Shown here one piece after another: positions 25,963 through 36,870 of a stretch of 64,000 nt of DNA. The DNA comes from Blepharisma stoltei ATCC 30299 (taxonomy: Eukaryota; Protista; Ciliophora): contig CBFDEM010000010.1 in assembly GCA_965603825.1 (NCBI GenBank), forward strand, positions 248,001 to 312,000, written 5' to 3'. Made by a program: the position numbers and the translations under genes. The notes beneath the pieces were generated by a model. The model was not told the DNA's origin. It saw only the letters and a list, made by a program, of their open reading frames with translations, and ran no database searches. Every line of letters starts with the position of its first letter. Position 1 is the first letter of the stretch.

Positions 25963-27251
25963 AATAAAATTTTTGTAAAAGTGATAAGCTAAATCAGTTT
26001 ATAATCCGAATAAATTTAAAAATAGAACCTATTTAAATTTTCGTAATTATTTAATACTAAATAAAATAGAAAATTTTTATCAGAATAATTTTTATTTAGA
26101 TCAGAATCTCGATCAATACTTTCCCTATACTTCCATTTAAGCTCAGATAATATGTTAGCAAAGACCATTTATATGAAAAAGGTGATTAAAAAAAAAGAAT
26201 CAATTTTCGATATTTAAAAGATTTATGCTTGTGAAAATATTTTGAAAAATAATAATCAAAAGCAATATAATTCCGTCGATTTTATTTACAATTTATCAAG
26301 TAATCCATAATTGTTCGTTCAAAACTTTTCATTTCTCATATAAATAATGAACAAAAAGATTGGCGTGTATCGGTTGTTGTCGATGAAATACCAAAATCAA
26401 GTGACTGCCAAACGTCAGCAGTTAATATCAAGGATAGCTTTGGCTAACCCTTTTTATTCCTTCATGAGCGATTCCCATCTGTTTACTTTGTTGAACGAAG
26501 TGTCGAACTTTTTTCACCTTACAGATATTGAAATTTGTTTTTTGGCGATCCTTTTGAATAGATTCAAAAGTTTTTACTCATTCACTCATGAAGAAATTCT
26601 GTACATTATAGCTTATATCGCCAAGGCCAATTTTTCTTCCAGAATGAAAACTTATGAAGAAGAGTTAAAAATCCGGTTTCCAAATTTTCTTCTGAAATAC
26701 AGCAACTTTATAAACGCAAATTTTATAAATCAAGGCTTAAGTACTGCAGAAATTTCAAGAAAGTATAAGGAATTAAGCGAAGAAATTGTGGTTTCGCAAA
26801 GAAAAATTGATGAATTAAATGATAATCTTAATGCGATTATGGTAACAGGATATAAAAGAAAGCCAAAATCATTTAACGAAAAAGATGAGCTGGAGGTTGG
26901 TGCTCATTTGAAGAAAATAAAATTTGAGTTTTTTGGTGAAAATTTTGATGATTTGGACTCGTAAACTTTAAGTCATTTATAGCCATTAATAAATTAGATG
27001 ATCAATTTAAATTATTTGTTTGTTAAAAGATGTTAAGTTTAAAATTAAATAAAAGCCTCTTTTCAGTGATCTTTTTTTAAGAGAAATTATTAATTGATTA
27101 ATTAAAATGCTTTAAATATTTGGAAAATAAATATTAAATTTTATACAAGCCATAAAAGTTTTACTTTCTTAATAATCTGGAGAGTACCATAATAAGGGTT
27201 TTAAGATTTACTTTATTTTATCTAGGATTTAAACTTATGATATTATTTAAA
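25891..27251. repeat. Tandem segmental duplication, copy 1
   Basis: Sequence starting cattctgtcatcatctatttttgtgtatc recurs at 27287. Similarity extends through the gene and its 3' flank. Confidence 0.92.
26347..26964 (+). CDS. Hypothetical protein, paralog 1
   Basis: 205-aa ORF, near-identical to 27646-28227. Confidence 0.75.
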   Translation: MNKKIGVYRLLSMKYQNQVTAKRQQLISRIALANPFYSFMSDSHLFTLLNEVSNFFHLTDIEICFLAILLNRFKSFYSFTHEEILYIIAYIAKANFSSRMKTYEEELKIRFPNFLLKYSNFINANFINQGLSTAEISRKYKELSEEIVVSQRKIDELNDNLNAIMVTGYKRKPKSFNEKDELEVGAHLKKIKFEFFGENFDDLDS

Positions 27252-27286
27252 GTGGAGGAGAAGTAAATTCATATTAAAAGTCTATA

Positions 27287-28512
27287 CATTCTGTCATCAT
27301 CTATTTTTGTGTATCTAAAAATTCTTGACTGTTTTCTTATTTCTTTATTAACACTCTTAATAAACTTTATGTAAAAGAGATAAGCTAACTTCAGTTTATA
27401 ATCCGAATAATTTTAAAAATAGAACCTACTTAAATTTTCGTAATTTGTTAATAGTCTAACTAATTAAATAGAAAATTTTTATCAGAATATTTTTATTGAA
27501 ATCAGAATCTCGACCAGTGCTTTCCCTATACTTCCATTTAAGCCCAGACAATATGTTAGCAAAAACCATTAATATGAAAAAAGATGATTAGAAAAAGTAT
27601 CAATTTTTCGAGTTTTAAAAGATTGGTGTTTATCAGTTGTTGTCGATGAAATACCAAAATCAAGTGACTGCCAAACGTCAGCAGTTAATATCAAGGATAG
27701 CTTTGGCTAACCCTTTTTATTCCTTCATGAACGAACTCCATCTGTTTACTTTGTTGAACGATGTGTCGAACTTTTTCCACCTTACGGAAATTGAAATTTG
27801 CCTTTTGGCGATCCTTTTGAAAAGATTCAAAAGAGTTTACTCACTTACTCATGAAGAAATTCTGTACATTATAGCTTATATCACCAAGGCCAATTTTTAT
27901 TCCAGAATGAATGCCTATGAAGAAGAGTTAAAAATCCGGTTTCCAAATTTTCTTCTGAAATATAGCAACTTTATAAACGCAAATTTTATAAATCAAGGCT
28001 TGAGTACTGCAGAAATTTCAAGAAAGTATAAGGAATTAAGCGAAGAAATTGTGGTTTCGCAAAGAAAAATTGATGAATTAAATGATAATCTTAATGCGAT
28101 TATGGTAACAGGATATAAAAGAAAGCCAAAATCATTTAACGAAAAAGATGAGCTGGAGGTTGGCGCTCATTTGAAGAAAATAAAATTTGAATTTTTTGGT
28201 GAAATTCTTGATGATTTGGACTCTTAAAACTTTAAGCCATTTATAGCCATTAATAAATAAATGATCAGATAAAATTATTTTTTGTTTAAAACATTTAGTT
28301 TAGCATTAAATAAAAGCCTATTTGCAATGATTCTTTTTAAGAAAAATTATTAATTGAGTGACTAAAGTGCATTAAATATTTGGAAAATAAATATTAAATT
28401 TTATATAAGAGTTTCACTGCCTTCTAATCTGCAGAAACCATAATAAGAGTTTTATTTTTAATAAAGATTTACTTTATTTTATCTATGATTTAAACTTATG
28501 ATATTATCTAAA
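27287..28512. repeat. Tandem segmental duplication, copy 2 (lacks 138 bp of copy 1)
   Basis: Direct repeat of 25891-27251. Confidence 0.92.
27646..28227 (+). CDS. Hypothetical protein, paralog 2
   Basis: Intact frame from ATG at 27646 (MKYQNQ) to TAA. The upstream ATG of copy 1 is absent. Confidence 0.65.
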   Translation: MKYQNQVTAKRQQLISRIALANPFYSFMNELHLFTLLNDVSNFFHLTEIEICLLAILLKRFKRVYSLTHEEILYIIAYITKANFYSRMNAYEEELKIRFPNFLLKYSNFINANFINQGLSTAEISRKYKELSEEIVVSQRKIDELNDNLNAIMVTGYKRKPKSFNEKDELEVGAHLKKIKFEFFGEILDDLDS

Positions 28513-28671
28513 TCCAAATTAATTAAAAGATCAAAATATATAAATTAAAAGTTTTCCTTGAAATTCAATAATCCAAAATGTCTATAAAATAAAACCTTAA
28601 ATAATAATAAAAGCTAAATTTAAACGGATCATGCTAGCTAAAGTCTAAATTAACTTTATAGTTTTTAAGCA

Positions 28672-28744
28672 TCAGAGGTAGCATAGTTGGTAATGCGCCA
28701 GACCTTCTAAGCCGGTGACCCAAGTTCGAGCCTTGGCCTCTGAC
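28672..28744 (+). tRNA. Atypical tRNA gene, nominal anticodon TCT (Arg), with a distorted anticodon stem
   Basis: Acceptor stem TCAGAGG/CCTCTGA, D stem GCAT/ATGC, T arm CCAAG-TTCGAGC-CTTGG, loop CTTCTAA. Pol III A and B boxes, T5 tract at 28747-28751. Amino-acid identity uncertain. Confidence 0.8.
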
Positions 28745-29168
28745 TCTTTTTATTTTAACCTAAATAAAAAATTTCTATTATTCCAATGACTACATCGTTT
28801 AGCTAAAATTATAAAAATGCTAAAAAATCACTACATTCAATTTAAAACCATATTTATTAATCTATAGTCAAGATCATAATTAAATTAGCCACAAAATTTA
28901 TTCAAAACTAAAATAATTCTGCACAATATTTTATTTTCAATATTCCATTAAACATCATACCAAATATATTTTTTGTGGAATTAAGATAATAATCAGTTTA
29001 AAAATGATAGATAATTAATTAACTATAGCCTATAGAATGCTTATTATTAAATCATTAAGACTTAATAAACTACAAAACTTCATTTCTTGACTGAATAAAA
29101 CCATTCTTAATTTCATATTATTTTTGAATGCATTTCAAACTTAATTAAGAATCTTATCTATAATGTCA

Positions 29169-29732
29169 TTATTTTAACCTCATTTTTCTCATAGGTCTTG
29201 TATACAAATAAGAAGTCCTTATTTTTTCATATTTTCGTTCCCTCCAATCTTCCAGCTCGATCATTGTTTTCCTACCCTTTTCATAAATACTGATTTCAAG
29301 CTCTGTGAGTCTTTTGAGAATATTCGGATTTGATTTGTTCTCTATATAGCCAATAAGAAATTTAATTCTTTTCATCAGAACTTTCAGCAGAAGCTGCTTC
29401 AAATCATCATCCTCGGCGATTTCAGTCAATTTTGTGCCTACTTCAAAGAAGTATTGAGACTGCGCCTTTAAAGATACGATCGACGGATCAGCTTCTAAAG
29501 AAGCTCTATAGCTCGTACGAAAATATTTAGGAAGTTCTATATCTGTCTCTGTTCTTTGCAAAATTGCCGCCAATCATAAAGGAGCTTGAAATCTGGATTC
29601 GGCAGGTAAATCTAATGGTTTATTTGTAATGTCTAGAAAACCTAGGCCTTTTAATTCTTTTGTGGTTTTTACAGGAATTGGTTCTTCTTCTGCGAGGATA
29701 TCGTCGATGTCCCAATAACTTCCTTTTATCAT
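29169..29732 (-). CDS. PSF3: GINS complex subunit Psf3
   Basis: YWDIDDILAEEE, GLGFLD and APL-W-LA with Trp = TGA at 29574-29576. ATG at 29732. Confidence 0.9.
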
Positions 29733-29938
29733 TCCTGTTAGAATTTATTTGGCGGACAAATATGTCTTGAGAAAAGTTAGCGGAATCTTTTGTCAAGGGG
29801 CTATTTGAAAATCTCGAATTTGTTGCTAAATTATAAATATTACCCATATGATCATCATTTTTTTATCTATATAAATATTATTTAGGTAATTATATTAGTT
29901 CAAGTTTTTTTTTTTCTTTCCAGCTCTATGAATCACAT

Positions 29939-31111
29939 TTATGCCATATTAGATTTGTTATTGTTGTGAAACGGATTGATTCGTCATCTGTCACTTATTG
30001 ATCCTGAAAGGTTGTTTGGAAGAGAAGGCCTATGAAATGAATCAATTGAAAAATCTCTTAGCTGGTCTAATTTAGACTTATGCTTAAAAGTTAGTGCGCT
30101 TCTATTGATGTCTAGGGTTCTGCGCGAGTTTCTATTAATTATTTTGCTAATTGAAGTTTGTGCTGCTAAGCTTGCAAGAGGGAATTTCTTTTTTTCAATA
30201 GAAAATTGCAATTTTGGATACTGTTTGGAGTGTTTTAAAATATTTTTTCTTCCGAAATATTTCACTTTACTAGTTTGAACAAGATTTAGCATAACATCTT
30301 CAGGAAGAAGTGGCAAAAAGTCAGCTCTTTTTGCTTTATATACTAATGCTGACTCGCTGTTGACACAAACAGTGAATTCTGTTTTTCTTCCTAGCAGGAC
30401 GCATTCATCAGCTATGCTGCATCCTATTCCTAATGACATAATATTAGTCTTGCTAGGTGGGACTCCTCTACTCAGCATGCATTCGCCATCTGAAATATAA
30501 AATAGACTATCTCCAAAGTTTCCTTCTTCAATTAAAATTTCTTTTTTGTTCAGTCTCAAAACATCAAAAACTCTTGCAATTTTTTCTTTAATTCCAATTG
30601 AGTATTTTTTAAGCTCAGGAATGTAAAAATCAAAAAATTTTATTTTTTCTTCTAACTCTATTGAAGTGTTATAATTCATTTCTGATTTAAAAACTTCCCC
30701 ATCAATTGATAGAAGAATAAGATTGTCTCTGGCCATGGCTGATATATTGCGAGGTTGGCTCCTCATCAAGCTTTTCTCTCCAATCATTTTTCCTCGTGAT
30801 AAAGAAGCTATAAATTTGTAGGTGCCATCATCTAATGTGTCAAATATGTTTAAATGACCAATCAAAATTACGTAGAGTTTATCACTTGGTGAGCCTTTTG
30901 TAAATACAATTGAATTAGGTTGAAAAATTTCTAATTTGGAATGTTTTCCAAGCTGTTTTAAGCAGCTCTTTGGGATATTTTTCATGTAGTTGTGAAAGTC
31001 TTCAAGGGTTTCGAAATAATCCAACAATTTTTCAATTTGATCATCATTTCTATCTTTTGCACTTAAAATCTGAAGAACATTCTGAGGGATCTTTTTAATT
31101 GATTTTTCCAT
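29939..31111 (-). CDS. Tandem cyclic-nucleotide-binding domain protein
   Basis: Two cNMP-like folds (VFTKGSPSDKLYVILIG..GEKSL..PR; LIEEGNFGDSLFYISDG). Reads through TGA at 29984 to TAA at 29939-29941. Confidence 0.82.
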
Positions 31112-31481
31112 ATATTTTATAATAGATACGAATTAAAAAACAAATCTTGTAATTTAAAAATCTTAAATGCTAATGTTGCAGCTCTAAGAATATCTATTCG
31201 AGAAAATGATTGATGAAAGCTTTACTGTAATTTAGCTATTTTCACTTATATGAGGAATTAAAAAGTTATATAATAATTCAAAAATTAAGCTTTTTATTCT
31301 CTCTCATTGAGAATTTAGAAATTTCTTATTATTGACAAAAAATAATATTTTAGTTAATAATAACTAACTTTACAAATTAGAAAATGGTATTTTTTATGGT
31401 TTGCATCAATTTATCCAACTATTAAAAATCTATTAAATGACAGAAGCGATAAAGATAAAGCTTTAAATTTAAGTTAATAAA

Positions 31482-31848
31482 TTAATTAGAAGTTGATCTT
31501 GCAGCTTTTGTCTTTTCAAATTCTTGGTAAAGGGACTCAAAGTTTGAAGCACGAGAAAGCTTAATAACAACTTTATAAACTTTTTTTGATTTTCCTTCAA
31601 AATCTTTTTCATCAAGAGTCATCGTTTCAAAGCGCTCCAAATTTGCATATCCTAAAGAAATTAATCTATCTGCAGCCCCAACAGCGTTACTTATTGATTC
31701 TCCTATAGCATGAAAAGCAATCTCAGGTTTTTCCTTTAAAGCCTCTTTTCCCTCATAAATGTAGCGGGTTTGCTTTGGCCGAGAGCTGATTTTCAAAACT
31801 CCATCCGATTCAATTTCTTTTGATATTTATTAAAAGCTTCATACTCAT
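31482..31848 (-). CDS. Alba-family DNA/RNA-binding protein
   Basis: FHAIGESISNAVGAADRL motif. A start at ATG 31848 requires removal of 31817-31844 or a +1 shift. Confidence 0.8.
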
Positions 31849-32061
31849 TTAATTGAAATATCAAACTGACAATTCATCATGAAGAATATTTAACTATAAA
31901 TTATTAAAATGAAATTACGTTTTATTTCTACTTGTCAACATATTTTGCAACGCTACCTACCATTTGTAACTATTTATTATTTACTCTTTAATTAATTCTT
32001 TTTCTCTCTTTATTTTTGTAATAAATTTTATACCTGAGTAAGTTAAAAGTTGAGTTTATAA

Positions 32062-32895
32062 ATGGAATCTTCATTAGAAGCATATCAGCCTCTTCCAGAA
32101 GATATAAAGAGAGGAACAATTAGGAAAGTCTACTCATTTGTTCCATTAGACCCAGATGAAGAAGAAGCTCTTGCCAAGTTTCGCGCTTATGCTACTAAAA
32201 ACGCAATTCAGATCCCTCCAGGGTAATTTTTATTCAGTGTTGATGACCAGCATAGGATGGCTCTCAAATTTATGGATTCTTCAAAAAGAAAGCCAAAAAA
32301 AGCTATGAAAATCATGGACAAGTACCAAACTTGGCTTACAACAGAACTGCCTGTCCCTATAAATGAGGTCTCAACAATGCTTGTAAAATTTATATAGGAT
32401 CAAGGATTTATGTACCTTCTCGGAAGAGACAAAAAGTTTCACCCTATCATGGTTATTAATGTGAGAAAAATGCTTAATTTCAATGTCGATTTAAACACTG
32501 CTTTGAGGTTGAATTACTTTTTATTAACCTGGGCAATTGAGCATATGATGGTTCCAGGTAAGGTTGAGACCTGGGATATTATCATGGACTTGGCAGACGT
32601 AACAGCATCACAACTGCCAATTAACTTGCTGAAAAATATGATGAGTAAACTATCCATAAACTTTATGTGCAGATTGGAAAAGTCATTTGTAATTAATCTT
32701 CCATCGACACTGAATGCGCTTTATAAGCTTCTAAAGCCTTTCATTGACTCAGACACAAAAAAGAAAATTATTATCCAAAAAGACGGATGGGAGCCTTTGC
32801 TCAGAGGAGATATCAACGAAGATGTGCTAGAAGTGAAATACGGTGGGACAAGACCAAATATAGATTCTGGATACTTTCCTCCAGCATTTTACTAG
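32062..32895 (+). CDS. CRAL-TRIO (Sec14-like) lipid-binding protein
   Basis: Two 15-nt introns. GRDKKFHPI, PGKVETWDIIMDL, KPFIDSDTKKKI, LEVKYGGT motifs. Confidence 0.9.
32223..32237 (+). other. 15-nt intron
   Basis: GTAATTTTTATTCAG. Confidence 0.88.
32383..32397 (+). other. 15-nt intron
   Basis: GTAAAATTTATATAG. Confidence 0.9.
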
Positions 32896-33123
32896 AAGTA
32901 ATAAATATTATCCAGTTAATACACCGAATAATGTATTTCTAATAAGTATTACAGAAGATATTTTATTGAGTTCTACTAAATATAAAATGTTTCACACGAA
33001 CTGATAGTTAAACCTTCTGTTTAAGTTAGTTTTGCATAGAGAAAATTAATAATAAAGCATTAAATTATAATAACTCTTTTAAATCCTCAATATATACTCC
33101 TTTTATTTATCAGGGTGACAATT

Positions 33124-33648
33124 ATGGAACGAAAGACTTCACCAACTTCCAAGACTTTAACTCTTTACGTCATATTTAACGCTCTCTTGCTTATTACAGG
33201 TCTCTGCACAATGGCTACAGGAATCTATTTGTGTGTAATAGCATCAGAATATTCATGATATGATACAAGCTTTTCAGGTCTTGGGTTAGTTATGGCAATT
33301 ACCTCTATTATCGGCTATCGAGCTCGATTTCTTTCTGAAGCAATAAGTTGCTATTTATCTGCAATCTTGGTTTTACTAGTAATTCAATCTTCGTTTACCT
33401 TGGGCATTTTACTCTACTCAGGATTTGCTGGAGAAATTGGAAAGCAAAACTCAATGATTTTAGCTTATGCACTTATATGCTCTTGTCTAGTCATTATTGG
33501 ATGTCTTACCATTGGGCTTATTTACAGGAAAAATCTCTTGAAAACAGAGCCAATCGTCCACACGATTTCTTTGCACAGTCCTATATTGACAGCAAATAAA
33601 AATGATATAAAAGGGTATCAAACATATGGTGGAACGAAATATTTTTAA
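33124..33648 (+). CDS. Four-TM membrane protein (tetraspanin-like N-terminus)
   Basis: ATG at 33124, TGA read-through at 33256, four hydrophobic segments. Confidence 0.65.
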
Positions 33649-33743
33649 AATTATGTAGTAAATTTATAGATTTTATTTAAATTATAGGAGATAGCCTGAC
33701 GCTGTATGATTTATTAAGGCAATTAAGTTTAAAGTTTATAAAT

Positions 33744-34889
33744 ATGAACTCTGATGTATTTATATGAATATCCTGGCCTGTTGTGATGCTCTTACTAAGC
33801 TTAGCTTATTATAAGTACATTAAATTTTTGAAATCGATCAACGATTACAGTTTACATTCAAGATGTCGTCAGATCGTATTTTCTGCAACAATATCTAACT
33901 GCATAGAAGCAAATTCGCTATTGTCTTTGGGATTTCTCACTATCTTACGGCTTGAAGAAACTTATCGTTATGCTTTATTTTTCTATGTCGTTTCGATTTA
34001 CTCTCACCACTGGCATTTTTGCTCAAATATCCTGAAAATTTACAGACTTAATTTATTGACTAAATTAAAACTAGGTCAGTATTCTTCTCTTGAAAAATTT
34101 CAAAGACGGGAAAAAAGAGTTGAATGATCATGAAACATTAGAGTTATTGTTATCTATACAATGGCTTCAGCTCTCCCTTCACTTTATTTTCTAATTGATG
34201 CAGTGCTAGAAAAGACTCCAGAAAGAGTTTATGGACTGACGAATGATATGTATATTTTTGTGTGGACTTTATGAGACATTTTTGAGCTGGTTCTCATATG
34301 TATATTTTTGATAAAATTATACAAAAACCAAGTAAATAACAAACTCAAGCTTGAGCTTTGCTTAATGGGAATTATATGGTCAATGTCCTTAACTTCTGCA
34401 TGCTTCACCGCAGATAACGTTTATTATTATTTGCTCATAGTCTTGCCTCTTCGAAATATACTCATCATAATATCCGCATTCATAATATCTTGAAGAGACT
34501 TAAATGAAATAGAAGCACCGCTTCCTATAGATATAGACTCAAAAATGATATTTGAGCATAGAAGGATTTATGAACAGTTTATGAAGTTCAATAAAAAAAA
34601 TAACGCTATTCACGAAAATTATATAAATTTAATTGTAAAAATTGAAAAGTTTGAAATCGATCCAACAATTAAGAATGCTGATGAAATTATGGATGGATTT
34701 TTGAAGGAAAAGAGAATTAGCATTCCTGATAGCATGTGTAGTAAGCTTAGTTCTGATCTAAGATACTATATGAAACATGGAGATTTGGAGAGATATTTTT
34801 TTACAGAGTTGAAAAAATACATTTATTTTTATTATATTGATCCCGCATTTGAAAAGTTTAAGGAGTCTAAATACTTTGTCAGAATTTAG
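33744..34889 (+). CDS. Multi-pass (~7 TM) protein with a C-terminal RGS-like domain
   Basis: Single frame with TGA at 33765, 34125, 34131, 34272 and 34491. TAG stop. RGS-like pattern FMKF..ENYINL...IEKF..ADEIMDGFL..ISIP..F.ELKK..DPAFEKFKES. Confidence 0.7.
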
Positions 34890-35176
34890 ATATAAATAAA
34901 ATAACACATAAGGTTTTATGATATTTTTTCATTTTCGCTAGTGCTATTAGATTCCAAAAAATGGTGCTCAATTAAATAACTATTCACACAGTTTATAAGC
35001 ATTTTCGTTTCCTGCATCTCTTTTTGTCTAAATATCTTTTCATTATATTTTCATTACAAAAATTTGAAAAAATAAATTGAGACTATTCAATGATTTTAGC
35101 ATTACTGCATACTCAAAATCCCTTATATCCTATTTAAAAAATCGATGATCCTAATTAATTTATCTTAATTTCAACA

Positions 35177-36196
35177 TTAAAACCCAACAAAAGGATCTCT
35201 TTCTCGAGTGAATTTCGGCGCATGAGGCTGCTCTAATGAATCTGGGTAAGTGTTGAAGTTCGAAGTGTCTTCTTCAGTCATCAATTCTGGTATCCATGGT
35301 GATGGGCATTCTTTTATCAATAATAAATTAAAATCAACATTACTAAACCACAAATGGTTTTTTAAATCGCTTGCAGCATTATTCTTATAGCCAATTCTTT
35401 TCTGTACGTTGGGCTCTAAAAGTGCAGAGAGTAATGAACAAAGAATGTCGTCAAAATAAGAAGGAAACACAAGCCTTCCTAACAAAATTTTTTGGTAGAT
35501 ATTAAATGGGCTATCATCACAATATGGTGGATATCCAGCAATCATTTCATATAGCAAAATGCCTAAAGCCCACCAGTCTACTTCACGTCCATAGCCTTTC
35601 CCCAGAATAATTTCTGGAGCTAGATATTCAGGTGTCCCACACATCGTATAAGTTTTGCTATCTGATATTGCTTTGGCGAAGCCAAAATCGGATAATTTTA
35701 CATGGCCACTTCGATCGATTAAAATATTCTCCGGCTTAAGATCTCGAAAAACAATTCCTTTATCATGCAAATATTCAAGTGCAAGGACAAGCTCAGAGAT
35801 ATAAAATCGAGCGTCTTGTGATGGAAGGGTTCCTAATTTTTTGAGTCTTGTAAACAACTCCCCTCCACAAGCATATTCGAGAACGAAAAATACATAATAG
35901 TCATCTTGGAAAGTTCCTAAGATTTTTGTTATAAAAGCGTGATCCAGTTGCTCCATTAGTTCTTTTTCATTCCTAAGATGACTGAGCTGCCTCATTTTCA
36001 AAATTGATGTCTTCTTTAGGATTTTAAGTGCTAAAGGTTTCATATAAGGTTGGTCCTTGCTTCTAACAAGCCTCACTCTACTAAAAGTGCCTACACCGAG
36101 AGTTCCTAAAACATCAAAAGAATCCATAGAGTACTTTTCTGATATAAAATATTCTGATTCTTGTTTCTCTGAAGCTTCTATTTTCTCCTGCTCCAT
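35177..36196 (-). CDS. cAMP-dependent protein kinase catalytic subunit-like
   Basis: RDLKPEN, DFGFAK, TYTMCGTPEYLAPE, VDWWALG, C-terminal FxxF. Confidence 0.93.
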   Translation of the reverse strand: MEQEKIEASEKQESEYFISEKYSMDSFDVLGTLGVGTFSRVRLVRSKDQPYMKPLALKILKKTSILKMRQLSHLRNEKELMEQLDHAFITKILGTFQDDYYVFFVLEYACGGELFTRLKKLGTLPSQDARFYISELVLALEYLHDKGIVFRDLKPENILIDRSGHVKLSDFGFAKAISDSKTYTMCGTPEYLAPEIILGKGYGREVDWWALGILLYEMIAGYPPYCDDSPFNIYQKILLGRLVFPSYFDDILCSLLSALLEPNVQKRIGYKNNAASDLKNHLWFSNVDFNLLLIKECPSPWIPELMTEEDTSNFNTYPDSLEQPHAPKFTRERDPFVGF

Positions 36197-36621
36197 AATG
36201 ATTGTAAGCTATATATGCAAAGAAATTATTATTAACTTTAACAGATCAAGAATTCAATCAAAAAAATTTTTATTGCCAGTTATCGGTTATTGATTCATTT
36301 TTTGACTCAGTAATTTCGATGTGGATATATACAGGATACATAAGATGTTAATTTTATCATTGTTATTTTATATGCAGATTATATAAAATTAAATATTGAA
36401 AACGCTAATAAAAATTTGCATGGAAATAAAAAGTTAAGACAATTGCGTTTTATAATTCTAAATAATAAAAAATTGAGGTCTTAAATATCTAGATTTTTCT
36501 ATTTTCCCTATTATTGGTTTTTATATAAGGGACTAAAGACTTATTGGCTACTAAAATCTTTTTGCTATAAAATAATCTTTATCTCAAAAATAAGCAATTA
36601 GAATTGTAAAAATAATTAGAA

Positions 36622-36858
36622 ATGGAAGGAGTTCCTATGATAGAAATAATATGCAATGATAGGCTTGGCCACAGAGTTCGAGTAAAGTGCAGCCCAGAAG
36701 ACACAATTGCAGACTTAAAACTTCTTATTTCTGCACACACTGGAAATCGAGCTGAAAAGATCAGGCTTCAGAGAGCAAACATTGTTCTTAAAGACCAAAT
36801 TACTCTTGCAGATTATGAAATTCATGATGGGATGGGCTTAGAGATGTATTACAATTAG
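36622..36858 (+). CDS. UBL5: Ubiquitin-like protein 5 / Hub1
   Basis: [30 protein letters not shown]. Confidence 0.97.
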   Translation: MEGVPMIEIICNDRLGHRVRVKCSPEDTIADLKLLISAHTGNRAEKIRLQRANIVLKDQITLADYEIHDGMGLEMYYN

Positions 36859-36870
36859 CAATTTATTAAT

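Noticed and set aside
28705-28711. Reading the tRNA as an amber suppressor (loop TTCTAAG, anticodon CTA)
   Set aside because: The flanking strands do not pair in that register, and TAG acts as a stop in this window
29620-29847. Track ORF overlapping the Psf3 start
   Set aside because: Wrong frame; the Psf3 motifs lie in the frame starting at ATG 29732
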